Shown here one piece after another: positions 47,674-57,008 of a stretch of DNA of 59,242 nt; the stretch's first letter is position 1, and the number at the start of each line of letters is the position of its first letter. Below the pieces are notes generated by a model. That model was not told the origin of the DNA, did not search any database, and saw nothing but the letters and a program-made list of their open reading frames with translations. The stretch comes from an uncultured Rickettsiales bacterium (GTDB lineage: Bacteria; Pseudomonadota; Alphaproteobacteria; Rickettsiales; JABCZZ01), in contig CAYVTI010000010.1 of assembly GCA_964454545.1 (NCBI GenBank), positions 1-59,242 on the forward strand. Direction: 5' to 3'. Made by a program: the position numbers and the translations under genes.

Positions 47674-50600
47674 ATGATCACACGCCCAACTGAAAATTTC
47701 CTGATGCGCCATGCATCCGCAATTGCCATATTTACCGTGACATTCATCATGGTCACCTATGTACTTATATTTTTAAGACAGGTGGAGACAAGCGATATCG
47801 CAATAAGCTGGGTAGAACACACCCATGAAACCATAGAACATATCGGACTTCTCAGCAGCAAATTGAAGGATGCGGAACTAGGAGAGCGCAGCTATCTGCT
47901 GACAGGCAATGAGGAATTCCTTGAGCCTTATAATGAGGCCATCAGAGACTCTGCTTTTGATCCGGCTACGTTGCCTGCGATTCATTCCTCAGTGAGGGTG
48001 CTTGATACGGATCAGGCGCCGCATAACCTGCCACACAAAATAAATTCCCTGAACCAGCATATGTCCATAGGACAGGAAATAATGATTCTCAAATGGCTTA
48101 CCGCCGACAATTCCGCACAGCAGGAGAACCTCAATGAATTGAATGATGTCATCACGATGATATTCAAACACTGGTCTGATAACATCCAGGTACAAAAGAA
48201 TCGCAGCACTGCGGCTGGAAAACAGGAGACATATCTCTCGCGCAGCAAACAGCTTATGGATCATGCGCGTATCATGACGCGCGTCATGGAAGGGGAAGAA
48301 ATGCGGCTCCTTGCTATACGCAATGAAGCCAACGCGGCGGCGGCGCATCAGAATAAAGTGATGATTCTCATTGGTATAGCATTGCTTTATCTGATAAAGG
48401 TATTTGGCATCTGGATTTACCAGCGCACGCGGGCGAAAGCGCAGGCAAAAATACTGCACTATGCCCAGGAACTGGAAAGAGGCGAAGAAGAATTGAAGGT
48501 ACAGCAGGAAGAGCTGAAGGCTTCCAACGAGGAAATCGAAGCCTCCAACGAAGAGCTGGAAGAAAAAACAAGAGCGCTCGAAAAGCAGAACGCCCAGATC
48601 CAGCTCCAATCGGAAAAGCTGGCCGAAAGCAAGCGGCTGATTGAAGAAAAAGCGATGGAGCTTGCGCGCGCCAGCAAGTATAAATCGGAATTTCTTGCCA
48701 ACATGTCGCACGAACTGCGCACGCCGCTTAACAGCCTGCTTATCCTGGCGAAGATGCTTGCAGCCAACGAAGATGGCAACCTGACTGATGCGCAGGTGGA
48801 GGAAGCCCGTATCATCTATAATGGCGGGCTGGAGCTACTGGAACTGATAAATGATATTCTCGATCTGTCAAAAGTGGAGGCAGGAAAGCTTTCCATTATC
48901 CCCGAAGACACGTCACTGGACGGCATCGTCAGAAGAATTCAGCAGCAGTTCGCTCCTGTGACGAAAGAGTCCGGGGTGGCATTTCCAGTGATAGTAGCGG
49001 AAGATCTTCCGGCTACATTGCATACGGACGCACAGCGTGTGGAACAAATACTGAAGAACCTGCTTTCCAACGCTTTCAAGTTTACCGAGCGGGGTTCGGT
49101 GACGCTGAAAGTATGCCGCCCTGACACGGAGATCGCATTGCAGCGCGCTTCCCTGGAACGCAAAGACGTTATCGCATTTTCCGTTATTGACACGGGAATT
49201 GGCATCGAAACGTCCAAATTCAAGGATATATTTGAAGCGTTCCAGCAGGAGGACGGCTCTATCGATCGCCATTACGGCGGCACGGGCCTGGGGCTTACCA
49301 TCGCGCGCAAATTTGCCCATATGCTGGGCGGTGAAATCCACGTGGCAAGCGAAAAGGGTAAAGGAAGCGCCTTTACCCTTGTACTGCCGGTCACGCTTGA
49401 AGCGGATGACAATACCGATCGAAAAGCCCCTGCAGACAATACGGCAGAAACAGCACGTATAGAGATAAAAACGTTGCGGACATCCGTTGTTGAATTTATC
49501 GCCGACGACCGCAAAAACGTTACGGATAAGGACAAGGTGCTTCTTATCATTGAGGATGACCAGAATTTTGCATCCACACTGGTAAGAATCGCACACAGGC
49601 ACGGATATAAAGCTCTGGCGGCAGGTGATGGAAAGACTGGCCTGCTATTTGCAATGGAACAGAAAGTCACTGCCATCATCCTCGATCTGAAGCTGCCGGA
49701 CATGGATGGCATGCAGGTGCTCGAACAACTGAAACACGACCTCAGGACGCGCCATATACCCGTTCATATTATCAGCGGGAGGGAAGAATCGGATACTATA
49801 GTGCCGCTGCGCAAGGGAGCCATAGGGTATCTTACAAAACCGGTCAGAAAGGAAGAAATCGATGGCGTATTTACCCGCATAGAAGAACTGCTGCAATCGG
49901 ATATCAAACATATATTGCTAGTAGAAGACGACAAGACAACACAGGTGGCGGTGCAGAGCCTGCTTAAAAAGCAGGATGTCGATATCGCCACAGCCGATAA
50001 AGGGCACACCGCGCTTGAGATGATCAGAGGCAGACGGTTTGACTGCATCATCCTCGATCTGCGATTGCCGGATATGACAGGCTTTGAATGGTTGGAAAAG
50101 ATGGAAAAGCAGGCGGAGGATAAAAACGCGCTGCCACCGGTCATTGTATACACCGCAAAAGAATTGACCGAGGAGGAAAATCGGGAACTCAGCCATTACA
50201 CGGGCAGTATTATCATCAAGGGCGTGAAATCGTCGGAAAGGCTGCTTGATGAAGTCACCCTTTTCCTGCACAGCATCGAGGCGACTCTTTCCAAGGAACA
50301 GCAGGAAGTCATACGCATGCAGCATAATCCTGACAAAGTATTGCATGGCAGGACCATACTGCTGACCGACGATGATTTGCGCAATACCTTCGCGCTTTCC
50401 AAGCTGCTCAAAGGGCATGGCATGAACGTCGTGATTGCCGATAACGGGCAGATGGCGCTTGAAAAACTTAAGGGCGACAAATCCATCGAGCTTGTGATTA
50501 TGGACATCATGATGCCGGTGATGGATGGCTACCAAACCATTAGGGAGATCCGCATGCAAAAGCCATATCAGGCTCTGCCGATCATCGCGCTGACTGCACG

Positions 50601-50730
50601 CGCCATGCCGGAAGAACAGGAAAGATGCATGGCAGCCGGGGCGAACGATTACCTGACCAAACCGGTAGACATTGAACGCCTCCTTACGCTGCTGCGCGTA
50701 TGCCTGTTCAGACAGGAAATAGCCGCGTGA
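47674..50730 (+). CDS. Hybrid sensor histidine kinase: TM-CHASE3-like-TM, E/Q-rich coiled coil, HisKA, HATPase and three receiver domains
   Basis: 1018 aa. GERSYLLTG.EEFLEPY (CHASE3-like), the H-box FLANMSHELRTPLN and ATPase boxes (NLLSNAFKFT, DTGIGI, GGTGLGLTI). Three REC domains are present (LLIIEDD...ILDLKLPDMDG; ILLVEDD...ILDLRLPDMTG; ILLTDDD...IMDIMMPVMDG). Confidence 0.92.
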   Translation: MITRPTENFLMRHASAIAIFTVTFIMVTYVLIFLRQVETSDIAISWVEHTHETIEHIGLLSSKLKDAELGERSYLLTGNEEFLEPYNEAIRDSAFDPATLPAIHSSVRVLDTDQAPHNLPHKINSLNQHMSIGQEIMILKWLTADNSAQQENLNELNDVITMIFKHWSDNIQVQKNRSTAAGKQETYLSRSKQLMDHARIMTRVMEGEEMRLLAIRNEANAAAAHQNKVMILIGIALLYLIKVFGIWIYQRTRAKAQAKILHYAQELERGEEELKVQQEELKASNEEIEASNEELEEKTRALEKQNAQIQLQSEKLAESKRLIEEKAMELARASKYKSEFLANMSHELRTPLNSLLILAKMLAANEDGNLTDAQVEEARIIYNGGLELLELINDILDLSKVEAGKLSIIPEDTSLDGIVRRIQQQFAPVTKESGVAFPVIVAEDLPATLHTDAQRVEQILKNLLSNAFKFTERGSVTLKVCRPDTEIALQRASLERKDVIAFSVIDTGIGIETSKFKDIFEAFQQEDGSIDRHYGGTGLGLTIARKFAHMLGGEIHVASEKGKGSAFTLVLPVTLEADDNTDRKAPADNTAETARIEIKTLRTSVVEFIADDRKNVTDKDKVLLIIEDDQNFASTLVRIAHRHGYKALAAGDGKTGLLFAMEQKVTAIILDLKLPDMDGMQVLEQLKHDLRTRHIPVHIISGREESDTIVPLRKGAIGYLTKPVRKEEIDGVFTRIEELLQSDIKHILLVEDDKTTQVAVQSLLKKQDVDIATADKGHTALEMIRGRRFDCIILDLRLPDMTGFEWLEKMEKQAEDKNALPPVIVYTAKELTEEENRELSHYTGSIIIKGVKSSERLLDEVTLFLHSIEATLSKEQQEVIRMQHNPDKVLHGRTILLTDDDLRNTFALSKLLKGHGMNVVIADNGQMALEKLKGDKSIELVIMDIMMPVMDGYQTIREIRMQKPYQALPIIALTARAMPEEQERCMAAGANDYLTKPVDIERLLTLLRVCLFRQEIAA

Positions 50731-51578
50731 TGGAAGCAGACGTAAAAATAAAATCCGGGGAGAAAGTGGAGATAGACACGTTGCTCGCCGGTATCCGCAA
50801 CCGCTACGGTTACGATTTTACGCATTATTCCTATTCTTCATTGAAGCGCCGCCTGGAACGCGCACGCGAGCACGCACAAGCTACGCGCTATACCGAATTG
50901 CTCGATATTCTATTTCACAACGAGAGGAGTTTTGATGAATTCCTCAGGCATATGTCCATCACGGTGACGGAAATATTCCGCGATCCGCAATTTTACCGTG
51001 CCGTGCACGAACAGATCGTGCCTGTGCTGAAAACCTTCCCCTTCGTGAAAATCTGGCATGCGGGCTGCGCGACCGGGGAAGAAGTATATTCCATGGCCAT
51101 CATGCTGCATGAGGAGGGGTTTCTTGAACGCACGCGCATTTACGCTACGGATTTTAATAAACACTCGCTCGATATCGCGCAGAAAGGCGTATATCCGGCG
51201 AAACACATGGAAGAGTATGCCGTCAACTATAAAGAGGCAGGAGGAAAACAGGAGCTTTCCAACTACTACAGCAATAGCTATGATCTCATCAAGTTCAAGG
51301 ATTACCTGAAAGAGCACATCACATTCTCCTACCATAACCTGGTAACGGACAGCGTGTTCGGCGAAATGAACATGATATGCTGCCGCAATGTCCTGATTTA
51401 CTTTGATAAGACGCTGCAGGATCGCGTGCTTTCCCTGTTCAATGACAGCCTGCGTTATGGCGGGTTTCTTTGTCTTGGCACCAAGGAGACTCTTAATTTT
51501 ACTCAGGTGAGATCATCATTCGATACAATCAATTCCAGGCAGAAGATCTACAAGAAGTGCGGAGCGGGACATGATTGA
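50730..51578 (+). CDS. cheR: CheR-type protein-glutamate O-methyltransferase
   Basis: TEIFRDP..Y........P.......KIWHAGCATGEEVYSMAIML and CRNVLIYFD are CheR SAM-methyltransferase motifs. The ATG overlaps the kinase stop (GTGATGG). Confidence 0.88.
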   Translation: MEADVKIKSGEKVEIDTLLAGIRNRYGYDFTHYSYSSLKRRLERAREHAQATRYTELLDILFHNERSFDEFLRHMSITVTEIFRDPQFYRAVHEQIVPVLKTFPFVKIWHAGCATGEEVYSMAIMLHEEGFLERTRIYATDFNKHSLDIAQKGVYPAKHMEEYAVNYKEAGGKQELSNYYSNSYDLIKFKDYLKEHITFSYHNLVTDSVFGEMNMICCRNVLIYFDKTLQDRVLSLFNDSLRYGGFLCLGTKETLNFTQVRSSFDTINSRQKIYKKCGAGHD

Positions 51579-52167
51579 AGCGGTGGTCATAGGCGTTTCC
51601 ACCGGCGGGATGCATGCGCTTAAAACCATCATCCCTGCGCTTCCCGCATCCTTTCCGGTTCCTGTGGTGGCCGTACAGCATATCGGCGAACGCTCGGATA
51701 TGTTCCTGGCCAAATATCTGGCGAGCCTGAGCAGGATAAAAGTAAAAGAGGCGGAAGATAAGGAATCCCTTCAGCCAGGATACGTATATCTGGCGCCGCC
51801 GGGTTACCACCTGCTTATCGAACCGGACAGGATCTTCAGTCTTTCTGTTGATCCGCGCGTAAATTATTCCTGCCCTTCCATAGACGTATTGTTTGAAAGC
51901 GCCGCGGATGCATTTGGAGAAAAACTGGCCGGCGTTATCCTGACCGGAGCCAATTCAGATGGCGCGCAGGGACTGAGAAAGATCAAGACAAGCGGCGGGA
52001 TAGCGATTGTGCAGGATCCTGAATCGGCAGAAGCTTCCTACATGCCTGAATCGGCGCTCAATGCAACTCCCGCTGATTATGTCGTTATCCTGGAACAGAT
52101 AGCTCCCCTGCTGTCAAAGCTTGTGTCACCTTTTGATGAGAAAATCCATGCAGACAACCGCAGCTGA
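51571..52167 (+). CDS. cheB: CheB-type protein-glutamate methylesterase, catalytic domain only (no receiver domain)
   Basis: 198 aa. VVIGVSTGG (nucleophile Ser), VVAVQH (His) and PSIDVLFESAA (Asp region). Overlaps cheR by 8 nt. Confidence 0.85.
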   Translation: MIEAVVIGVSTGGMHALKTIIPALPASFPVPVVAVQHIGERSDMFLAKYLASLSRIKVKEAEDKESLQPGYVYLAPPGYHLLIEPDRIFSLSVDPRVNYSCPSIDVLFESAADAFGEKLAGVILTGANSDGAQGLRKIKTSGGIAIVQDPESAEASYMPESALNATPADYVVILEQIAPLLSKLVSPFDEKIHADNRS

Positions 52168-53311
52168 AAACCATCCCTATGCAAGTGCCCTTCCCGCACA
52201 TTCCACCGCAAAGCCCAATATACTTATCGTCGATGACCGCAGGGAGAATCTGCTCGCAACGGAGAAGATACTCAGGCACCTTGATACCGGAATCTTCAAG
52301 GCATTATCCGGCAATGAAGCGCTTTCCCTCATGCTGCGCTACGAGTTCGCCGTAGTCTTACTGGATGTCCAGATGCCGGAGATGGACGGGTTTGAAACGG
52401 CGAAACTGATGCAGGAGATGGAACAGATGCGCGGCACTCCCATCATATTCGTCACCGCTATCAGCAAGGAGGATAAATACGCGACTCAGGCCGCAGGGCT
52501 TGGGGCAGTAGACTATATTTTCAAGCCGATCAATTCCGATATCCTGCGCAGCAAAGTGAAAGTCTATGTCGATCTCTACGTACAGCGCAAGCAGATCCAG
52601 AAACTGAATGACACTCTTCAGCAATCCAATGAAGAGCTCGAACGCTTCGCCTACATCTGCTCGCACGACATGCAGGAACCCGTGCGCATGATGAACAGCT
52701 ATGGGGAGCTGCTTGCCAGAAAATACGTAAGTTCCCTGGATGAAAAAGGAAACAAATATCTGTCGTTTATCACAAGCAACGCCAGGCATCTGCAAAAAAT
52801 GATTCAGGATATTCTCTCATTCTCACGTATCGGGCGCGAAATGCCCGACATAGAAACGGTGGATTTCAATGTCATCGCCGCAGAAGTGCTGCGCGAATTT
52901 GAAGCTGTGATTGCAGAAAAACGGGCAATGATCGGAATGAGTCCCCTGCCCGTCCTCTTCACTTCTCCCACCATGATACGCGCCCTGTTCCAGAATCTGA
53001 TAGGCAATGCGCTTAAATTCCACAGCAAGGGCAAAGCGCCGGTCATACAGATTGAGGCACGGCAGAAAGCAACCGAATGGGAATTCCGCATCCGGGATAA
53101 CGGAATAGGCATCGACACGAAATTCCACGACAAGGTATTCGCGATTTTCCAGCGCATCCACAGGCGGGAAGAATACCCGGGAACAGGCATTGGCCTCAGC
53201 ATCTGTAAGAAACTGGTGGAGTTCTATGGCGGCAGAATATGGTTTGAATCCGAGTCGGGAAAAGGAACCACTTTTTTCTTCACCATTCCGCACAGGATGG
53301 AAAACAAATGA
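52148..53311 (+). CDS. Response-regulator receiver fused to a histidine kinase (REC-HisKA-HATPase)
   Basis: ILIVDDRRENL...LLDVQMPEMDG (REC), the H-box FAYICSHDMQEPVRMM and ATPase boxes (NLIGNALKF, DNGIGID, GTGIGLSICK). The ATG at 52148 overlaps the cheB end by 20 nt. Confidence 0.88.
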   Translation: MQTTAAENHPYASALPAHSTAKPNILIVDDRRENLLATEKILRHLDTGIFKALSGNEALSLMLRYEFAVVLLDVQMPEMDGFETAKLMQEMEQMRGTPIIFVTAISKEDKYATQAAGLGAVDYIFKPINSDILRSKVKVYVDLYVQRKQIQKLNDTLQQSNEELERFAYICSHDMQEPVRMMNSYGELLARKYVSSLDEKGNKYLSFITSNARHLQKMIQDILSFSRIGREMPDIETVDFNVIAAEVLREFEAVIAEKRAMIGMSPLPVLFTSPTMIRALFQNLIGNALKFHSKGKAPVIQIEARQKATEWEFRIRDNGIGIDTKFHDKVFAIFQRIHRREEYPGTGIGLSICKKLVEFYGGRIWFESESGKGTTFFFTIPHRMENK

Positions 53312-53769
53312 TGGAATCAAGGCGGGCGAAAATATTACTGGTTGAGGACAACGAGGGTGACATAGAGCTCGTCCGCCTTGCGTTTGAGATGGGAAATCTC
53401 TCCTCCGCGCTGCATGTGGCTCACGACGGCATGGAAGCCCTGGATTATATGTACGGGCGCGGCGCATACTCCATAGCCACTGTACCCGATCTGATCCTGC
53501 TTGATCTGAATATGCCGCGCATGGGAGGCAAAGAATTCCTCACTGTCGTAAAACGGAATGAAATGCTAAAGCTGATCCCGGTCATTATATTTAGCAGCTC
53601 ACATGCGCCTATGGATATAAAGGAAGCTTACCAGCACTATGCCAACTGCTATGTCATGAAGCCTTTCTGCCTTGAGAAATATATAGAAGTCGCAAAACAG
53701 CTGGAGAATTTCTGGATTACGCTATCGCAACCTCCGTCCCCGCCTCAAAGCGGCCATTATCCGCCCTGA
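53308..53769 (+). CDS. Single-domain response regulator (Rcp1/CheY-like)
   Basis: 153 aa. ILLVEDNEGD..L.......L....HVA.DG.EAL.Y.......PDLILLDLNMPRM.G.E.L......IPV.IFSSS....D...AY....N.Y..KP. Overlaps the upstream gene by 4 nt. Confidence 0.88.
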   Translation: MMESRRAKILLVEDNEGDIELVRLAFEMGNLSSALHVAHDGMEALDYMYGRGAYSIATVPDLILLDLNMPRMGGKEFLTVVKRNEMLKLIPVIIFSSSHAPMDIKEAYQHYANCYVMKPFCLEKYIEVAKQLENFWITLSQPPSPPQSGHYPP

Positions 53770-53946
53770 GTACAAGCTGGCGGGCTTTTGCGAGATCCTG
53801 CGCATGGACATAATTACCTATGGCCGTATTACCCAGCGTCGGATAATCATTGCCATAAATTTCCAGCGAAGGCAGTCATTACAGTCTTGATAGATAAGTC
53901 ACCTGTGCTAATTTCTACTGATATTCCCTGCCAATGTAGAGATTCT

Positions 53947-55320
53947 ATGAAAACGATCATTGAACCCTTCCGCATAAAAATGACTGAGGCATTGCCTATC
54001 ACCACGCAGAAGCAGCGCGAAAAAAAGCTGTCAGAGGCGCATTATAATATTTTCCTGCTTGATGCCGAGGATGTTACCATCGATCTTCTGACGGACAGCG
54101 GCACCGGAGCCATGTCCTCGCGCCAGTGGGCAGCGCTCATGCTGGGAGATGAAAGTTACGCTGGAAGCATTTCCTGGCATAATTTTGAAAATACCGTGCG
54201 CGAGATTACCGGGTTCAAACATATTTTCCCCACCCACCAGGGCCGGGCAGCGGAACGCATACTCGCAGCCACCCGCCTGAAACCCGGCGATGTCGTTCCC
54301 AGCAACAGCCATTTCGACACCACCCGCGCCAATATCGAATATGTCGGTGCGCAGACGTATGATTTGCTTACGCCTGAAGGCGAGGACCTCTACTCCGAGA
54401 AGATGTTCAAGGGCAATATGGACATCGGCAAGCTGGAAAATATCATTAAAACCAGAGGCGCGAAGAATATCCCTCTCTGCATGATCACCGTGACCAACAA
54501 CGCCGGTGGCGGGCAGCCGGTTTCAATGGCAAACATGATCGCGGTAAGAAAACTGCTCAAGAAACATAACATTCCGTTTGTCATCGATTGCTGCCGCTTT
54601 GCCGAGAACGCCTACTTCATCAAGGAATATGAGAAAGGCTACAAGAACAAAAGCCTCATCGAAATCGCGCGGGAAATGTTCGCGCTTGCCGATGCCGCCA
54701 CCATGAGCGCCAAGAAAGACGGCCTTGCCAATATCGGTGGTTTCTTCGCCTGCCATAACGATCAGTGGGCGGAAGACTTTCGTAATCTGCTTATCCTCAC
54801 GGAGGGCTTTCCTACTTACGGCGGCCTTGCCGGGCGCGATCTGGAAGTCATCGCCGTTGGCCTGAAGGAAGCGCTGGAATATGATTACCAGCGCTATCGC
54901 CATGCGACGGTGGAGTATATGGCATCGCGCCTTATCGACAGGAAGATTCCTATTGTAAGACCCGCTGGCGGGCATGCCGTATTTATTGATGCCACCGGAT
55001 TCTGCCCGCATCTTAGGCCGCAGCATTATCCGGGCATTGGCGTGGTGAACACGCTATATCTTGAAGGCGGTATCCGCGCCGTGGAGCTGGGCAGCGTCAT
55101 GTTTGGCCGCGTTGATCCTGAAACCAAGAAGGAGACGCCAGCGCTACGGGAGTTGGTGCGCCTCGCCTTCCCACGGCGCGTCTATACGCAAAGCCATTTC
55201 GACTACGTGATCGAAGTGCTGGAACATATATGGAAAAACCGCAGCAAAATTCCGCCATACAGCATTACCAGGCAGGCGCCGTTCCTGCGCCACTTCACCG
55301 CGCATTTCAAACAGGATTAA
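53947..55320 (+). CDS. tnaA: Beta-eliminating lyase, tryptophanase/tyrosine phenol-lyase family (closer to tryptophanase motifs)
   Basis: EPFRIKM.E........R.......YN.FLL..EDV.IDLLTDSGTGAMS, RFAENAYFIKE, the PLP-Lys context TMSAKKDGL and EGFPTYGGLAGRD. The conserved N-terminus begins at the ATG at 53947; the ORF is open in frame from 53788. Confidence 0.85.
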   Translation: MKTIIEPFRIKMTEALPITTQKQREKKLSEAHYNIFLLDAEDVTIDLLTDSGTGAMSSRQWAALMLGDESYAGSISWHNFENTVREITGFKHIFPTHQGRAAERILAATRLKPGDVVPSNSHFDTTRANIEYVGAQTYDLLTPEGEDLYSEKMFKGNMDIGKLENIIKTRGAKNIPLCMITVTNNAGGGQPVSMANMIAVRKLLKKHNIPFVIDCCRFAENAYFIKEYEKGYKNKSLIEIAREMFALADAATMSAKKDGLANIGGFFACHNDQWAEDFRNLLILTEGFPTYGGLAGRDLEVIAVGLKEALEYDYQRYRHATVEYMASRLIDRKIPIVRPAGGHAVFIDATGFCPHLRPQHYPGIGVVNTLYLEGGIRAVELGSVMFGRVDPETKKETPALRELVRLAFPRRVYTQSHFDYVIEVLEHIWKNRSKIPPYSITRQAPFLRHFTAHFKQD

Positions 55321-55661
55321 TGCGTAACGAATAAGCGCACTAATGCTATCCCAATAGCATATATCGCCGCAGTTCCTGCGCAGGAAAACAATAGGGCGAG
55401 CGAGAATTGCATACCGTTTTTCAGAAATACCGGCAGCAATAGGAAAAACGCCAGCGAAGGAATCACCAGCCAGAATACCGAATAAGACATGTCGGCAATC
55501 TTCTGCGCATCCCTGCTGTCATAATAAATCCAGCAAAACGCCAATATGGAAGTAAGCGGCAGGGATAACAGCAGGGCCGAGATGAAAGCATACCGGCGCG
55601 ACAGTTCGGAAACAGCAGCGATAATGAGCACGCTTAGAAGCGTTTTTATGGCAAAATACAT
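55317..55661 (-). CDS. DUF3147-family small membrane protein
   Basis: MYFAIKTLLSVLIIAAVSELSRRY...LLLSLPLTSILAFCWIY......KIADMSYSVFWLVIPSL resembles DUF3147 proteins as I remember them. Four TM segments. Its stop overlaps the tnaA stop. Confidence 0.65.
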   Translation of the reverse strand: MYFAIKTLLSVLIIAAVSELSRRYAFISALLLSLPLTSILAFCWIYYDSRDAQKIADMSYSVFWLVIPSLAFFLLLPVFLKNGMQFSLALLFSCAGTAAIYAIGIALVRLFVTH

Positions 55662-55757
55662 TTTCCCCTCCTTATTATGCGGGTATCTTATTAAGCATAT
55701 CAAAAGTTGAAAGTAATAATATATTATATAGAGTAACAGGTACGATAGGAATTACGC

Positions 55758-57008
55758 ATGAAAGTCATTGAAGCCAATATAGACGGACTGCCTGGTCCTA
55801 CGCATAATTATGCGGGACTGTCGTTCGGCAACGTGGCATCGGAAAAACATGCGCTATCGGTTTCCAATCCCAGGCAAGCAGCGTTGCAAGCGCTGCGCAA
55901 GATGAAGTTCATGCATGATCTGGGCCTTACGCAGCTTGTCATGCCGCCGCACCCAAGACCGGACATGAAGTCACTCCACAGTTTAGGATTTGACGGAATA
56001 AAAAATGTACCGGATGAATTGCTCCGCGCGCTATACTCGGCATCCGCCATGTGGACTGCAAATGCAGCGACCATTTCCCCCAGCGCCGATACCGCAGACG
56101 GTAAAGTGCACTTCACGCCCGCAAACATGGCAAGCAAACTGCATCGCTATATTGAAGCCCCGGTAACAACGCAGTATCTTAAAGAAATATTTCCACCGGA
56201 ATATTTTATCCATCACGCTCCCCTACCCTCCACTCCGCTGTTTTATGATGAAGGTGCCGCGAACCACATGCGCCTGTGCAAATCGCATGGCGAACCGGGA
56301 AAGGAAATTTTCGTCTATGGCGGGCAGACAAGCAGATATCCTGCCCGGCAGTCCATACACGCATCTCAGGCGGTGGCGCGGATGCATGCGTTAGATCCCG
56401 CAAAAACCGTTTTCCTTCTCCAGAGCGCGGAAGCTATTGATGCCGGAGTCTTTCACAACGACGTCATCGCCATGAGCAATGAGCGCTTGTTCATTTATCA
56501 TGAGAAAGCCTATGAAGACATCAATTCCAGGGATTTTAGCGATTATGCGCTTGTAACCATTTCCGGGAAAGAACTCTCTCTAAAAGATGCCGTATCCACT
56601 TATTTTTTCAACTCGCAGCTGGTTACCCTGCCATCGGGAAAAATGATAGCCATAGCGCCGACGGAATGCGAAGAAAACATGCACGCGAAAAAATGTTTCT
56701 CCCGTCTGGTGGCAGACGGACATCTCTCGGAAGTGCATTATCTCAACCTGCGCGAAAGCATGAAAAATGGCGGCGGACCTGCCTGCCTACGACTGCGCGT
56801 GCCATTAAATGCATATGAGTTAACAAAAATTAATGCAAATTTTATATTAAATGACCGGCTTTATAATTCTCTTTGCCAGTGGATCGAAAAACATTATCGT
56901 GATAGGATAACCGCTCAAGATTTACGCGACCCCAGCTTAGCCGATGAGTCCCTCGCCGCCATCTCCGATTTATATGACCTGCTTGGAATAAGAATGGAAA
57001 CCGTATGA
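55758..57008 (+). CDS. astB: N-succinylarginine dihydrolase
   Basis: 416 aa. EANIDGLPGPTHNYAGLSFGNVAS..H, VFHNDVIA and the C-terminal NGGGPACLRLRV (catalytic Cys) are AstB hallmarks. Confidence 0.9.
   Translation: MKVIEANIDGLPGPTHNYAGLSFGNVASEKHALSVSNPRQAALQALRKMKFMHDLGLTQLVMPPHPRPDMKSLHSLGFDGIKNVPDELLRALYSASAMWTANAATISPSADTADGKVHFTPANMASKLHRYIEAPVTTQYLKEIFPPEYFIHHAPLPSTPLFYDEGAANHMRLCKSHGEPGKEIFVYGGQTSRYPARQSIHASQAVARMHALDPAKTVFLLQSAEAIDAGVFHNDVIAMSNERLFIYHEKAYEDINSRDFSDYALVTISGKELSLKDAVSTYFFNSQLVTLPSGKMIAIAPTECEENMHAKKCFSRLVADGHLSEVHYLNLRESMKNGGGPACLRLRVPLNAYELTKINANFILNDRLYNSLCQWIEKHYRDRITAQDLRDPSLADESLAAISDLYDLLGIRMETV

Noticed and set aside
53770-53946. TnaC-like leader peptide upstream of tnaA
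   Set aside because: The candidate mini-ORFs (53804-53890 and a 7-codon ORF) have no Shine-Dalgarno sequence, no Trp codon and no terminal Pro-stop arrangement. There is nothing to support a TnaC-type attenuator.
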